NCBI GenBank assembly: GCA_014728035.1
Contig: WJMJ01000071.1
Location: 133,253-197,252 of the forward strand
DNA length: 64,000 bases
Source: Promethearchaeota archaeon
GTDB taxonomy: Archaea > Asgardarchaeota > Thorarchaeia > Thorarchaeales > Thorarchaeaceae
Reading direction: 5' to 3'
How positions within the stretch are numbered: position 1 is the stretch's first letter; every line of letters begins with the position of its first letter. This document shows positions 48,773 through 57,626 of the stretch, in pieces. The position numbers and the translations under genes were made by a program. The notes below the pieces were generated by a model. That model was not told the origin of the DNA. It did not search any database and worked only from the letters and a program-made list of their open reading frames with translations.

Positions 48773-50488
48773 CTATGCCTTCTGTTTCTCTTCTTTCCTT
48801 CTACGTAGTACTCTATTGCAGGAATTAACAGCAGGACAACCTAGACAAGCTTCTGGCACTGTTGTATCAGTTGAGTCTCCATAGAGAAGAATTTTCTCAG
48901 CAATACTAGAATCTTGACTTGTAGATATATGAGTTTCTTCTCTGCCAGTGATTTTTATCTTGCATTTGTGTTCTTTCATAGTTTCACTTAGTTCTTCCAT
49001 ATCTCCAGATACAATTGCCGCAGTAGGACCCACTTGTCTGATGAAATACTTCTTGAAATCTTTCAACAGTAATAGGTCTTCGAGCTCGCGTTCCGTTTCC
49101 GTTTCAAATAATGTCACATCGGATATTTTTGCAAAAGTTGTTTGGGAAGTCCAGTCTTTGATTGACCTCAATACATTTCCTGGAACGGGCTTACTACTTT
49201 CCTTTTCCAGAAACTCGATAATCTCATTTTCACGGAGTCCAGCTTCAATTGCCTGGAAAATCGACTGATCTGTGATTCTAAATGTACTGACTACATCAGT
49301 CTTAACTGGTTCCGTTAGAAGAAGAAGCTTGTAGAGTTTACTATAATCCATTTCGGTTGTGAACACTGTAAGCTCAAAATTAGGCTGAACTATGAATGTA
49401 TCTCTTCCTTGTATCTTTTCTGATTTCTTCTTGGCAAGTACTTCCTCTCCAATATCTGTCAATTTAACAGCTACTAACTTCTTTTTCTTGTATGCTCCTT
49501 CAACCAAACCTAACAGTATCGGAGTTTCCAGTGCAATTGCGACTCGATCATCATCTACTTGAATCCATTTGAGTGGTTGACTGTCTTGAAAGAGTTCACT
49601 TCTTATCCAACCCTTCATCTCATCAACTCTAATCCATTCATCTTTCAGACATTCTCGCAATCTGCAAATCACTAGATTGAGAGTATATTCAGTTGGCTGG
49701 TCTGGAGTTGCCCATATTGCCCTAGTTCTTCCAAGCGCTGATAAAAGAAGCTTCTTTGTGACCTCTTTCTGATCTCCACCAAAGAGTTTCACAATGTTGC
49801 CAGGTATAACACGGTCTTCATCGACTATTTGATATGCCCCTGCTTTTCTAGCAATTTTCTGGACCGTTTCAAAGCGTTCCTCGCTTGGATCAGACATCGG
49901 TTCTTTGATGTGTTCTATCTCTCTTTTTGGAAACTCCCAACTAGTGGTCATTCGGACTTCATGTTTCTCTAGATAGGAGATTAGAAGAAGTATATCAATA
50001 AGCAGAGAATCCCTTTCGTTTTTCATATCCCGAATGTTTTTGGGTTTCTCTGGGTTCGGTTCTGGTTTCTTAGAGAAATATTCCGTAAGATGTGGTATGA
50101 AAAAGTCCATTATTTTGAATTCTGCAACTTCTCTTCCGTATTCGGTTAGTCTAGACATCATTCTTCTGATAATGATACCTTTCTTTCGGAGGTCTCGTTC
50201 GGTCTGATTTAACTGACCATAACTGTAAATCTTACGATATGGCTTCAAGCGGTCATAGCTCATTGCGCCTCCATTCAAAGTGAGCATACCTAGCAGATCA
50301 TATTCCAACTGCGTGAAAGTTGCAAAAATTCTCAATCTGTTTTCTTTATCTCTCATTCTCTCAGCTAATAATTCGGTTAGTTGAGTACCAGATCTAGTTC
50401 CACTAACGTCAATGCCCCAATATTGACATGCTACCATTAAATCTTCTCTAAACATATGTTCGAGGTCTTTTTCTAGTGAATCAGGCAT
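48773..50488 (-). CDS. XPB-associated helicase-binding domain protein (Helicase_C_3 / Tfb2-p52-like)
   Basis: IVQPNFEL...TFRITDQSIFQAIEAG...IIEFLEKES..PVPGNVLRSIKDW. Likely start MPDSLE at 50488. Confidence 0.75.
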   Translation of the reverse strand: MPDSLEKDLEHMFREDLMVACQYWGIDVSGTRSGTQLTELLAERMRDKENRLRIFATFTQLEYDLLGMLTLNGGAMSYDRLKPYRKIYSYGQLNQTERDLRKKGIIIRRMMSRLTEYGREVAEFKIMDFFIPHLTEYFSKKPEPNPEKPKNIRDMKNERDSLLIDILLLISYLEKHEVRMTTSWEFPKREIEHIKEPMSDPSEERFETVQKIARKAGAYQIVDEDRVIPGNIVKLFGGDQKEVTKKLLLSALGRTRAIWATPDQPTEYTLNLVICRLRECLKDEWIRVDEMKGWIRSELFQDSQPLKWIQVDDDRVAIALETPILLGLVEGAYKKKKLVAVKLTDIGEEVLAKKKSEKIQGRDTFIVQPNFELTVFTTEMDYSKLYKLLLLTEPVKTDVVSTFRITDQSIFQAIEAGLRENEIIEFLEKESSKPVPGNVLRSIKDWTSQTTFAKISDVTLFETETERELEDLLLLKDFKKYFIRQVGPTAAIVSGDMEELSETMKEHKCKIKITGREETHISTSQDSSIAEKILLYGDSTDTTVPEACLGCPAVNSCNRVLRRRKEEKQKA

Positions 50489-50639
50489 TTCGTGTACAGG
50501 TCTCCCATTAGTGCAAATTGCAAACAAGGCCCCTGAGATTCGTCGTTTAAGAGATTTACGCTTGCGGTTGTTATTTTCAAAAATCCAAAAACGAACAAGG
50601 TTATAATGTTTCATCAACGAGAAAACGTAGGTGTAGCTT

Positions 50640-51755
50640 GTGGAACCAGTTCTTTGGAGTATCAAATATCGGCCAAAACAATGGGATGATTTTTTTGGTA
50701 TTGAATTGACACTACAACATCTCAAGAATTTAGCGGAATCTTCAACTTGTCCAAACATCATTCTATATGGGTCTGAAGGAACCGGTAAGACTGCTGCTTC
50801 AAAAGTGTTTGTGAAATCCTTTCTCGGAGATGACGTAAGCACAAATTATTTGCGATTAAACATCCGAGATATTACAAGCTACAATATTTCAGATGCAAAA
50901 CGGGATGTCAAGGCTCTTGCAAAACTTGACCGTTCTGACCGGATGCCGCTAGATGAATACATGTCAATAATTTACAAACAGGCCAAAGCATCTTTGAAGA
51001 CTAGGGGAATTTCTCGTCGCCCGTCTAAAAAGCAACTTCTACAGGAAGCAATCAGTTATTTTGCTTCTACATACACAGTGACAGATACAAAAGTTAAGAT
51101 TCTGGTTCTTGATGAGGCTGATGCTCTGAGTTATAGCATGCAACAAGCACTTCGGAGAACTATGGAAATCTATAACGAGGTTTGCCGTTTTATCCTTATC
51201 ACTCCCACTCTTGCAGGATGGTCTCCAGCTATTATCTCTCGTTGTGTCACAATACATTTTCCTTCAGCTTCTGATGCTGTTGCGAAATCACTTATTCATC
51301 ATATAGCTAATAATGAAGGATTAGAAATAGAAAACCCCGCTCTGGAAGCTTTAGTTCGCCAAGCAGATGGCAATCTTAGGAAAGCAATTCATATCTTGCA
51401 AATTGCAGCAACTGGATCAAAAAAGATAACGGAAGATACAATCTATTCTGCATCGGAAACTCATCTACAGAAACGTATTCATGAAATGGTTTCTTTCGCG
51501 ATTGATGGTCAACATGTTAAGGCTCGGAAGATTATGATGCGTCTTCTTGGTTATGAGCAATATTCTACTGATGAGGTAGTATCTGAGATGAAAGAGGATC
51601 TTCTTAAACGTCCATTATCTCATTCAATGCTAATCGAGATGATTGAACGTTTGGCGGAGATTGATTCAAGAATTGGTCATGGAAAGAATGATTTTATTCA
51701 TCTGTCTGCGTGTTTTGCATCCTTTGCAAGGATTGCAAAGGCACACGAGTCTTAG
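50640..51755 (+). CDS. rfcS: Replication factor C small-subunit paralog with a ~50-aa insertion
   Basis: WSIKYRP, GSEGTGKT, LDEADAL, QQALRRTME, SRC, GNLRKAI. Confidence 0.88.
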   Translation: MEPVLWSIKYRPKQWDDFFGIELTLQHLKNLAESSTCPNIILYGSEGTGKTAASKVFVKSFLGDDVSTNYLRLNIRDITSYNISDAKRDVKALAKLDRSDRMPLDEYMSIIYKQAKASLKTRGISRRPSKKQLLQEAISYFASTYTVTDTKVKILVLDEADALSYSMQQALRRTMEIYNEVCRFILITPTLAGWSPAIISRCVTIHFPSASDAVAKSLIHHIANNEGLEIENPALEALVRQADGNLRKAIHILQIAATGSKKITEDTIYSASETHLQKRIHEMVSFAIDGQHVKARKIMMRLLGYEQYSTDEVVSEMKEDLLKRPLSHSMLIEMIERLAEIDSRIGHGKNDFIHLSACFASFARIAKAHES

Positions 51756-52039
51756 TGCATCTCGTTGTTAGTGGATGTTATCACTACTTGATTTCGCAGA
51801 ATAGCAGTTTGATTTGGTGATAATCTCTGAACACCATACTCAAATTTTGCAGAGATAGAATCCTCCATCCTAGAAATCATATCTTTTTCTAATGCTACAG
51901 ATAGAAGTTTTCTTATATTGCTTGGAGTCCCATATCTACATGTGAAGGATAGATACTCTACAGCTTTGTGAATTTTTACCTCTTCCCCTCTTTTTCTGAA
52001 TAAGTGTACCAAAATTAGTAAAATATCTCGTCCGTTCAT
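51752..52039 (-). CDS. Small archaeal winged-helix-like protein (DUF2240-like)
   Basis: 95 aa with SD GAGGT. Pattern LF.K.G...LSF...TP....LL..A. Confidence 0.55.
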   Translation of the reverse strand: MNGRDILLILVHLFRKRGEEVKIHKAVEYLSFTCRYGTPSNIRKLLSVALEKDMISRMEDSISAKFEYGVQRLSPNQTAILRNQVVITSTNNEMH

Positions 52040-52092
52040 ATTTACCTCTCATATTGCTACTCTTTAAGTAGTTTAGTAAAACTTAGTCGTGT

Positions 52093-53061
52093 TTGATAAT
52101 GAATCCATTACAATATCATGGGCATACTCTTAGAAAACTGAGTAACCTTCTAAATGAATCATTAGAAGATCAATTTGAGATTCAATCAATTGATTCAACT
52201 AGACTAGGTGGTTGGTCCAATATCAATTTGATAGCTGAGTCTTCACTAGGTTCTGTTGTTTTGAAGCTTCCAGCATACAATATTATTTACGAACATAATC
52301 CATATACAGCAGAATTCAGAAATGCTGGAGTATTACACAAAGAAGATCTATCCCCTCAACCTCTTGCATACGGCAATCTTGATGATAGTAGTCAAACACC
52401 ATTTTTCATACGAAAACATATTGATGGTATTGTATATCATGATGTTGAAAACATTCCGCTAAAATTCTTGTCTACACTACAAAAATCCCATAAGAAGTTG
52501 AGCAGTCTCAAAATAAATCTCTCCAGAACATATTCCTCATCATTAGAATTCATTCAATGTCAATATCACTCTTTTAAGAAAACATGGGAAACACATTCAA
52601 ATCAACCGTCAGAATTAGCAGTATTAACTGACAGGTATCTTTTACTTCATCACGAATTAGTTCAAGCATATTCTGACTGTTCTGGATGGAAAACCCAAGT
52701 TATTCATGGAGATTTCCAAGAAACCAATATTATTTTCCATAATCAACAGGTGTCTTTCATAGATGTTGGGTCTCTATGCAAAGGTTCACCTTTGTTTGAT
52801 ATTGCATACCTCTATTCGCAATCTCTAGGTCCTATCAGAGATTATTCAAGATCCTTACTTCTTTCTACAGAACAGCTCAAAAAATTCAGACTCATAGTCC
52901 CAATTGCATTATTTTCAGCTATAACTTGGACTCTAATACGGTTACTCGATATCGAAAGTAAGCGAATAGTGCCTGTCTTCGCTCAATCCATGGACAAAAT
53001 TGCCTTGAAACACTATCTCATTGAGAAGATTTCACAAGTAGAATATCTTATTCGAAGCTAA
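52093..53061 (+). CDS. Aminoglycoside phosphotransferase / choline kinase-like protein
   Basis: GGWSN, VLK, HGDFQETNI, FIDVG, GSPLFDIA. Confidence 0.8.
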   Translation: MIMNPLQYHGHTLRKLSNLLNESLEDQFEIQSIDSTRLGGWSNINLIAESSLGSVVLKLPAYNIIYEHNPYTAEFRNAGVLHKEDLSPQPLAYGNLDDSSQTPFFIRKHIDGIVYHDVENIPLKFLSTLQKSHKKLSSLKINLSRTYSSSLEFIQCQYHSFKKTWETHSNQPSELAVLTDRYLLLHHELVQAYSDCSGWKTQVIHGDFQETNIIFHNQQVSFIDVGSLCKGSPLFDIAYLYSQSLGPIRDYSRSLLLSTEQLKKFRLIVPIALFSAITWTLIRLLDIESKRIVPVFAQSMDKIALKHYLIEKISQVEYLIRS

Positions 53062-53113
53062 CAACTCTTATGAAGAATACTTGAGTTATTAGATTAAGTA
53101 CTGAGGGATTCAA

Positions 53114-53935
53114 TTGACCAAGTTAAAGGATTTGCTTGAACAGGGACGAACTCTATACAAGACCAATATTGATGCTATAGACGATGAAGTTCCCAAGGGA
53201 TTTCCATCAAATGCATTTGGTGTAATTCGGGGTCCTGGTGGTGGAGGAAAATCCGTATTGCTCAATGAAATGTCTCGTAGATTAATGGATTCGGGAAAAA
53301 AAGTCATCTATGTATGTTTTGAAGACACTCCTGTATCGGTTCTTCAAAATTTATGTTCATTGGGTTGGGATTACGAGTCGATGCTTGATAACAAATCCAT
53401 CCATCTAATAGATTGCTTTTCTAATCGAATACTTAGCAAGCATCCAAAATTAGAGCAAACTACCTTAGTCAGAAATCCTACTGAGCCCAACGAAATAAGT
53501 GACGCAATTCACTCAGTTCTTCAAGAAAATAAAGCTGACATTGGGGGTGTCTTCGCAGATAGCATTACTGAAATATTCTTACAGTCCCATCCATTCAAAG
53601 CAGTTAACGCATTAAAAGCTTGGAGAGCTACTTTCTGTAAAGAATATGGGATTCCGTTTTGGGCAACATACCATACTGGTCTCCAGCAATTTAGTGCATA
53701 TGATGATATGATTACATATTCAAGTGATATCATTGTCGACACCCGGCATGAACCAGCTTTCATGAAAGCAGGTATACTGATCAAGCAATTCAGAGTCACC
53801 AAGGTGAAAGGAGCTCCTCATACTCCTATATGGGTCACTTTCGAGGTTGGAAAAAATGGTATCGAAAGATTATCCCTAGATGACATCAAAGAGCTTGCTC
53901 GAAAGATAACACGTATCGAATCTCCTGATTCCTAA
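53114..53935 (+). CDS. KaiC/RAD55-family ATPase
   Basis: GPGGGGKS, CFED, LGWD, IDCF, DSIT, KVKG. Confidence 0.85.
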   Translation: MTKLKDLLEQGRTLYKTNIDAIDDEVPKGFPSNAFGVIRGPGGGGKSVLLNEMSRRLMDSGKKVIYVCFEDTPVSVLQNLCSLGWDYESMLDNKSIHLIDCFSNRILSKHPKLEQTTLVRNPTEPNEISDAIHSVLQENKADIGGVFADSITEIFLQSHPFKAVNALKAWRATFCKEYGIPFWATYHTGLQQFSAYDDMITYSSDIIVDTRHEPAFMKAGILIKQFRVTKVKGAPHTPIWVTFEVGKNGIERLSLDDIKELARKITRIESPDS

Positions 53936-55644
53936 GTCTGTTGGAAGAAGGACTCAGGGGGCTTTAGCCAGATTTCTTCATCACCTGAGGCAATAACATA
54001 TTGATAACCTTGTTCAGTTAGGAACAACTGACGTTTTGCAGCAAAGTCCATATCTCTTGTGTCTTTTGTGATTATGGAATAAAATCTTGCAAAGCTTCCA
54101 TCTGTCTTCGGTCGCAATATTCTTCCAAGTCTTTGGGCTTCCTCTTGTCGAGATCCAAAAGTTCCAGAAACCTGGATGGCAACATTTGCATCTGGTAAGT
54201 CAATAGCAAAATTTGCAACCTTTGACACTACCAATACTTTTTCTTTTCCTTCCCTGAATGCTTTGTAAAGCCTCTCTCTTTCATCGTTAGGAGTTTTTCC
54301 GGTTATCAGAGGTGCATCAATTGCTTCAGATATCTGATTCAACTGTCTAAGATACATTCCAATCACAAGAATGTTGTCTTCTTTATGATGCTCTACCAAT
54401 TTTTTAATTATGTCAATTTTAATGGGGTTTTCTGCTGCAATCCGATATTTTCGACGATCATCTGCTAAGGCATACTTTCTTCGGAGACTGTCATCCAAGT
54501 CTATTCGAATTTCATAACACACAGCTGTTGCAATCCAACCTTGGTCCTCCAATTGTTTCCAAGGCATGTCAAATCGTTTAGGCCCAATTAAACTGAATAC
54601 ATCTTCTTCTTTTCCATCTTCGCGAACCAGAGTCGCTGTTAGTCCAAGTCTTCTAGTTGCTTGAATTGTAGCGGTTACTCTGAATACTGGTGCAGGTAGC
54701 AAATGAACCTCGTCATAGATAATCAATCCCCAGTTTCTCGCTTCAAAAATACCAAAGTGTTCGAATTCAGCTTTTCTGGATTCTCTCCAAGTTAGTATTT
54801 GATAGGTAGCTACAGTCACTGGTCTTATTTCTTTATTTGCTCCAGTATACTCTCCAATTTGATCTGGTGTTAATGTGGTCTTATCAAGAAGTTCTGTTAT
54901 CCATTGTCTAACTGCAACAACATTCGGACAAAGAATTATAGTTGAAGTTTGGAGTTTTTCCATTGCTCCTATGCCGACCATAGTCTTTCCAGCACCACAT
55001 GGTAGAACTACAACACCTGATCCACCTCGTTCTCCACCTCCTGCATGAAATATAGCTACAGCATCCTTCTGATAGCTTCTTAAATCAAAATCTTTGCCGC
55101 TCAACGTTTTTTCTCTAAGTTCAAAATGAAGTGCTTCGCCCTCAATATATCCTGCAAGATCTTCAACAGGATGCCCAATCTCAATTAACGCGTACTTTAG
55201 AAATCCTCTTTGTTTTGCATCCACTCTGAATGTAGTCGCATCCACTCGGTCAATTATAAACTCTCTTACTTTCTTACTTGCTCCTATTTCCTCCGCTAAG
55301 TCCTGATTATCACAAAGAAGTAGTAAATCAGGCCCTTCTTTGTAGAGAGAGAGCATGCCATATCTACTCATGTAATCAATTATTTCACGGGAGATGTTTC
55401 CTGGAATTGGATACTTTGCATATTCCTCAAGAGCGCTAATTACATCACTAGGTGTCATTCCCATAGCTGCAGCATTCCATAAACTAAGTGGGGTAACTCT
55501 GTAGGTGTGGACATATTCTGGACTCTTGACCAACTCTGCAAAACGTGCAAGAGAGTCCCTTGCATCCTCATAGAGTGGGTTGTCTACTTCTAGGAGCACT
55601 GATTTATCTGACTGCACGATAAGTGGATTTCTTGGATCTGGCAT
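53932..55644 (-). CDS. xpb: DNA repair helicase/translocase XPB with an N-terminal Helicase_C_3 domain
   Basis: LRSYQ, LPCGAGKT, DEVH, GLTATLVRED, SRQEEAQRLGRILRPK, KRQLFLTEQGY. N-terminal PLIVQSD...HTYRVTPLSLWNA. Confidence 0.93.
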   Translation of the reverse strand: MPDPRNPLIVQSDKSVLLEVDNPLYEDARDSLARFAELVKSPEYVHTYRVTPLSLWNAAAMGMTPSDVISALEEYAKYPIPGNISREIIDYMSRYGMLSLYKEGPDLLLLCDNQDLAEEIGASKKVREFIIDRVDATTFRVDAKQRGFLKYALIEIGHPVEDLAGYIEGEALHFELREKTLSGKDFDLRSYQKDAVAIFHAGGGERGGSGVVVLPCGAGKTMVGIGAMEKLQTSTIILCPNVVAVRQWITELLDKTTLTPDQIGEYTGANKEIRPVTVATYQILTWRESRKAEFEHFGIFEARNWGLIIYDEVHLLPAPVFRVTATIQATRRLGLTATLVREDGKEEDVFSLIGPKRFDMPWKQLEDQGWIATAVCYEIRIDLDDSLRRKYALADDRRKYRIAAENPIKIDIIKKLVEHHKEDNILVIGMYLRQLNQISEAIDAPLITGKTPNDERERLYKAFREGKEKVLVVSKVANFAIDLPDANVAIQVSGTFGSRQEEAQRLGRILRPKTDGSFARFYSIITKDTRDMDFAAKRQLFLTEQGYQYVIASGDEEIWLKPPESFFQQT

Positions 55645-55824
55645 GGTTCTATTCCCTTGCATTTCCCTTTTGGTTTCCGAATTCTTTGAGACCCTTTCTC
55701 AAACGGAAAACGTAAGACCGCGCGAGATTTAGAAAATAAATGCTTCCCTGTTGACATTCAATTTTGGCGTTAACGAACAATTATATTTGCATGATTTTGG
55801 TCATCGCATTACACGGGAGTATCA

Positions 55825-57243
55825 ATGGCCGATATTGTTTCTGTTGCAAAGACGGAAAAATTATACACGAATCCCAAAGTATTGATTATTGCTATAGACG
55901 CGATGCTTATTATGCTCGGATTTGGCATCATTGCGCCTTCCATGTCGTTCTATCTTTTTGCTTTAGAGGGCCAATTAACCCAACCTCCCGGTCCTGATTA
56001 TATCATTCCTCCAGAAATAGTTGCAGAATTTTCGTTGATTCTCGGAATAATGATGGCATCATTCATGGGCACTCGTACTCTTCTCGCGCGGTATTGGGGT
56101 GGAGTTAGTGATATGCGTGGGAGAAAACCAATTTTGAATACTGGCCTTTTAGGATATGTTGTCCTACTAGTTCTTTTTGGATTTGCACAGAATTGGATTC
56201 ATCTCTTGATTATTAGGGCTTTGCAAGGTGTCGTATCTGCAATGACGTGGCCTGTTGCTGAAGCAGCTTTGATGGATATTGTGGGTATTGAAAGAAGAGG
56301 TGAAGGACTGGGTCTCTACATGGTAGTTTCAAACATTGGCTTCATAACGGGTCCCGGAGTTGGAGGTCTCCTTTATAATTTCTGTAGAGATTTCTTGCTA
56401 CTTCCTGTACCTGATGTCTTCAGAGTCCCGTATTTTATTGCTGCACTCATCACCTTACCAGCTGCGATTTTTACTGCTGTCTTATTAAAAGAAACTGCTC
56501 CTGGCAAAGTTGAACATCACGAGTCGGATCAGCAAAAGCTGGAGTCTGATATGGGAACTACATCACACCAATCTATTATTGAATCTGATGGACCTGAAAC
56601 CGAACAAATGGATGACAAAACGAGAAAAATGGTTCATGCTCTTTATGTAATGGCTGTGATGAATGGAATTGCTATGGGCCTTGGGCAACCAATATTTCAG
56701 CTATTTCTTATGAGTAAAATCACGACCGATATAGGCCTAATCGGTCTTGTAATCTCTGGAGCAGGTGCAATTGGTATGCTATTTTCAATTCCTGCAGGGA
56801 GATATGCTGATAAGAAAGGTCGGAAAGGATTAGCTGTATGGGGTGCAGCTGGTGCAAGAGTTAGCTATTTCGCACTACCTTTGACTACCAACCTAGCTCA
56901 GACCAGTATTTTTTGGATTGCTCAAAATGCATCATTCTCAGTTTCTCAACCTGCAATGCGAGCAATTCAAGCTGATGTAGTCCCATGGAATCTAAGAGGA
57001 AAATTGTTTGGAACTATTCAAGCTTGCTTTAATGCTGGGGCAACAATCGGTCCTCTTGCAGGAGGATGGTTGTTTGGTTATTTTTCACTCCTTCTTTTTC
57101 CCATTGGCCCATTCATTATAGAAGGTCTTGTAGTCCCATTTTGGTTGGCTTCGATATTAGGAATGATTGGTGTATTTCTGTTATGGAAATATGTTGAAGA
57201 AACACATCCAAGTCAAGAAACAACTCCTGAAGGTCAAGAGTAA
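55825..57243 (+). CDS. MFS transporter (DHA1-like)
   Basis: GGVSDMRGRK, RALQG, GRYADKKGRK, GATIGPLAGG. About 12 TMs. Confidence 0.9.
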   Translation: MADIVSVAKTEKLYTNPKVLIIAIDAMLIMLGFGIIAPSMSFYLFALEGQLTQPPGPDYIIPPEIVAEFSLILGIMMASFMGTRTLLARYWGGVSDMRGRKPILNTGLLGYVVLLVLFGFAQNWIHLLIIRALQGVVSAMTWPVAEAALMDIVGIERRGEGLGLYMVVSNIGFITGPGVGGLLYNFCRDFLLLPVPDVFRVPYFIAALITLPAAIFTAVLLKETAPGKVEHHESDQQKLESDMGTTSHQSIIESDGPETEQMDDKTRKMVHALYVMAVMNGIAMGLGQPIFQLFLMSKITTDIGLIGLVISGAGAIGMLFSIPAGRYADKKGRKGLAVWGAAGARVSYFALPLTTNLAQTSIFWIAQNASFSVSQPAMRAIQADVVPWNLRGKLFGTIQACFNAGATIGPLAGGWLFGYFSLLLFPIGPFIIEGLVVPFWLASILGMIGVFLLWKYVEETHPSQETTPEGQE

Positions 57244-57274
57244 TGATTTGAAACTCAGCAAGCTATTGCGTGCC

Positions 57275-57291
57275 GGGAAAAACATATATAC
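57275..57291 (+). promoter_or_regulatory. BRE/TATA promoter of the RIO kinase operon
   Basis: gggaaaaa-catatata-c. Predicted transcription start near 57314. Confidence 0.6.
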
Positions 57292-57343
57292 TAACCTTCG
57301 TAGAATGGACTTAATGCTTCGATAAATGGAGGTGTAGGTCAAA

Positions 57344-57406
57344 ATGACAGTCAAATTTCAAATAACTAATGTAGTAGGTACCTGCACTCTCGTTGTGAGA
57401 GTCTAA
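57344..57406 (+). CDS. Putative 20-aa leader peptide MTVKFQITNVVGTCTLVVRV
   Basis: Strong SD GGAGGTG at 57328-57334, ATG at 57344, TAA at 57404. Its 3' half overlaps the 5' arm of the RNA structure. Confidence 0.6.
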   Translation: MTVKFQITNVVGTCTLVVRV

Positions 57407-57626
57407 GGACTCCGCTACTTCTCAGTTTTCAACTCTCTATTACGCGTCGGACTGTTGATTCTAGAGGTCCAGCTTGTTGTTCAGGTATTTACTGTTTTTC
57501 AGAGATATTGTGCTATGAATACAGACGCGTGCAGGCTCAGCAATGAGAGTGAACAAAAAGTTGCAAACACACACTAAGAAACATTGTCCGAGCTATGGTT
57601 ACAGGCAGTGATCATGGTGGGCGGAC
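57381..57626 (+). promoter_or_regulatory. Structured 5' leader with mutually exclusive helices (putative translational attenuator)
   Basis: Helices read by eye: 57385-95/57541-51; 57442-48/57524-30; 57485-91/57516-22; start-codon hairpin 57586-602/57608-26; alternatives 57447-56/57580-91 and 57470-83/57550-63. Confidence 0.6.

Noticed and set aside
50489-50842. N-terminal extensions in the ORF track (also 6340-6495, 17290-17388, 6342-6449)
   Set aside because: They overlap divergent genes or promoters. Downstream starts fit the domain boundaries better and in several cases have an SD.
52093-53061. Antibiotic-resistance gene
   Set aside because: The APH/choline-kinase fold is broad and its substrate cannot be read from the sequence.
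53114-53935. Circadian KaiC clock
   Set aside because: It is a single-domain KaiC-like ATPase with no kaiA or kaiB nearby, which is common in archaea.
57344-57406. Leader peptide resembles the first strand of TBP (I.NVVG.C.L)
   Set aside because: Only ~10 residues match, and I saw no TBP-like continuation after the stop. Treated as chance.
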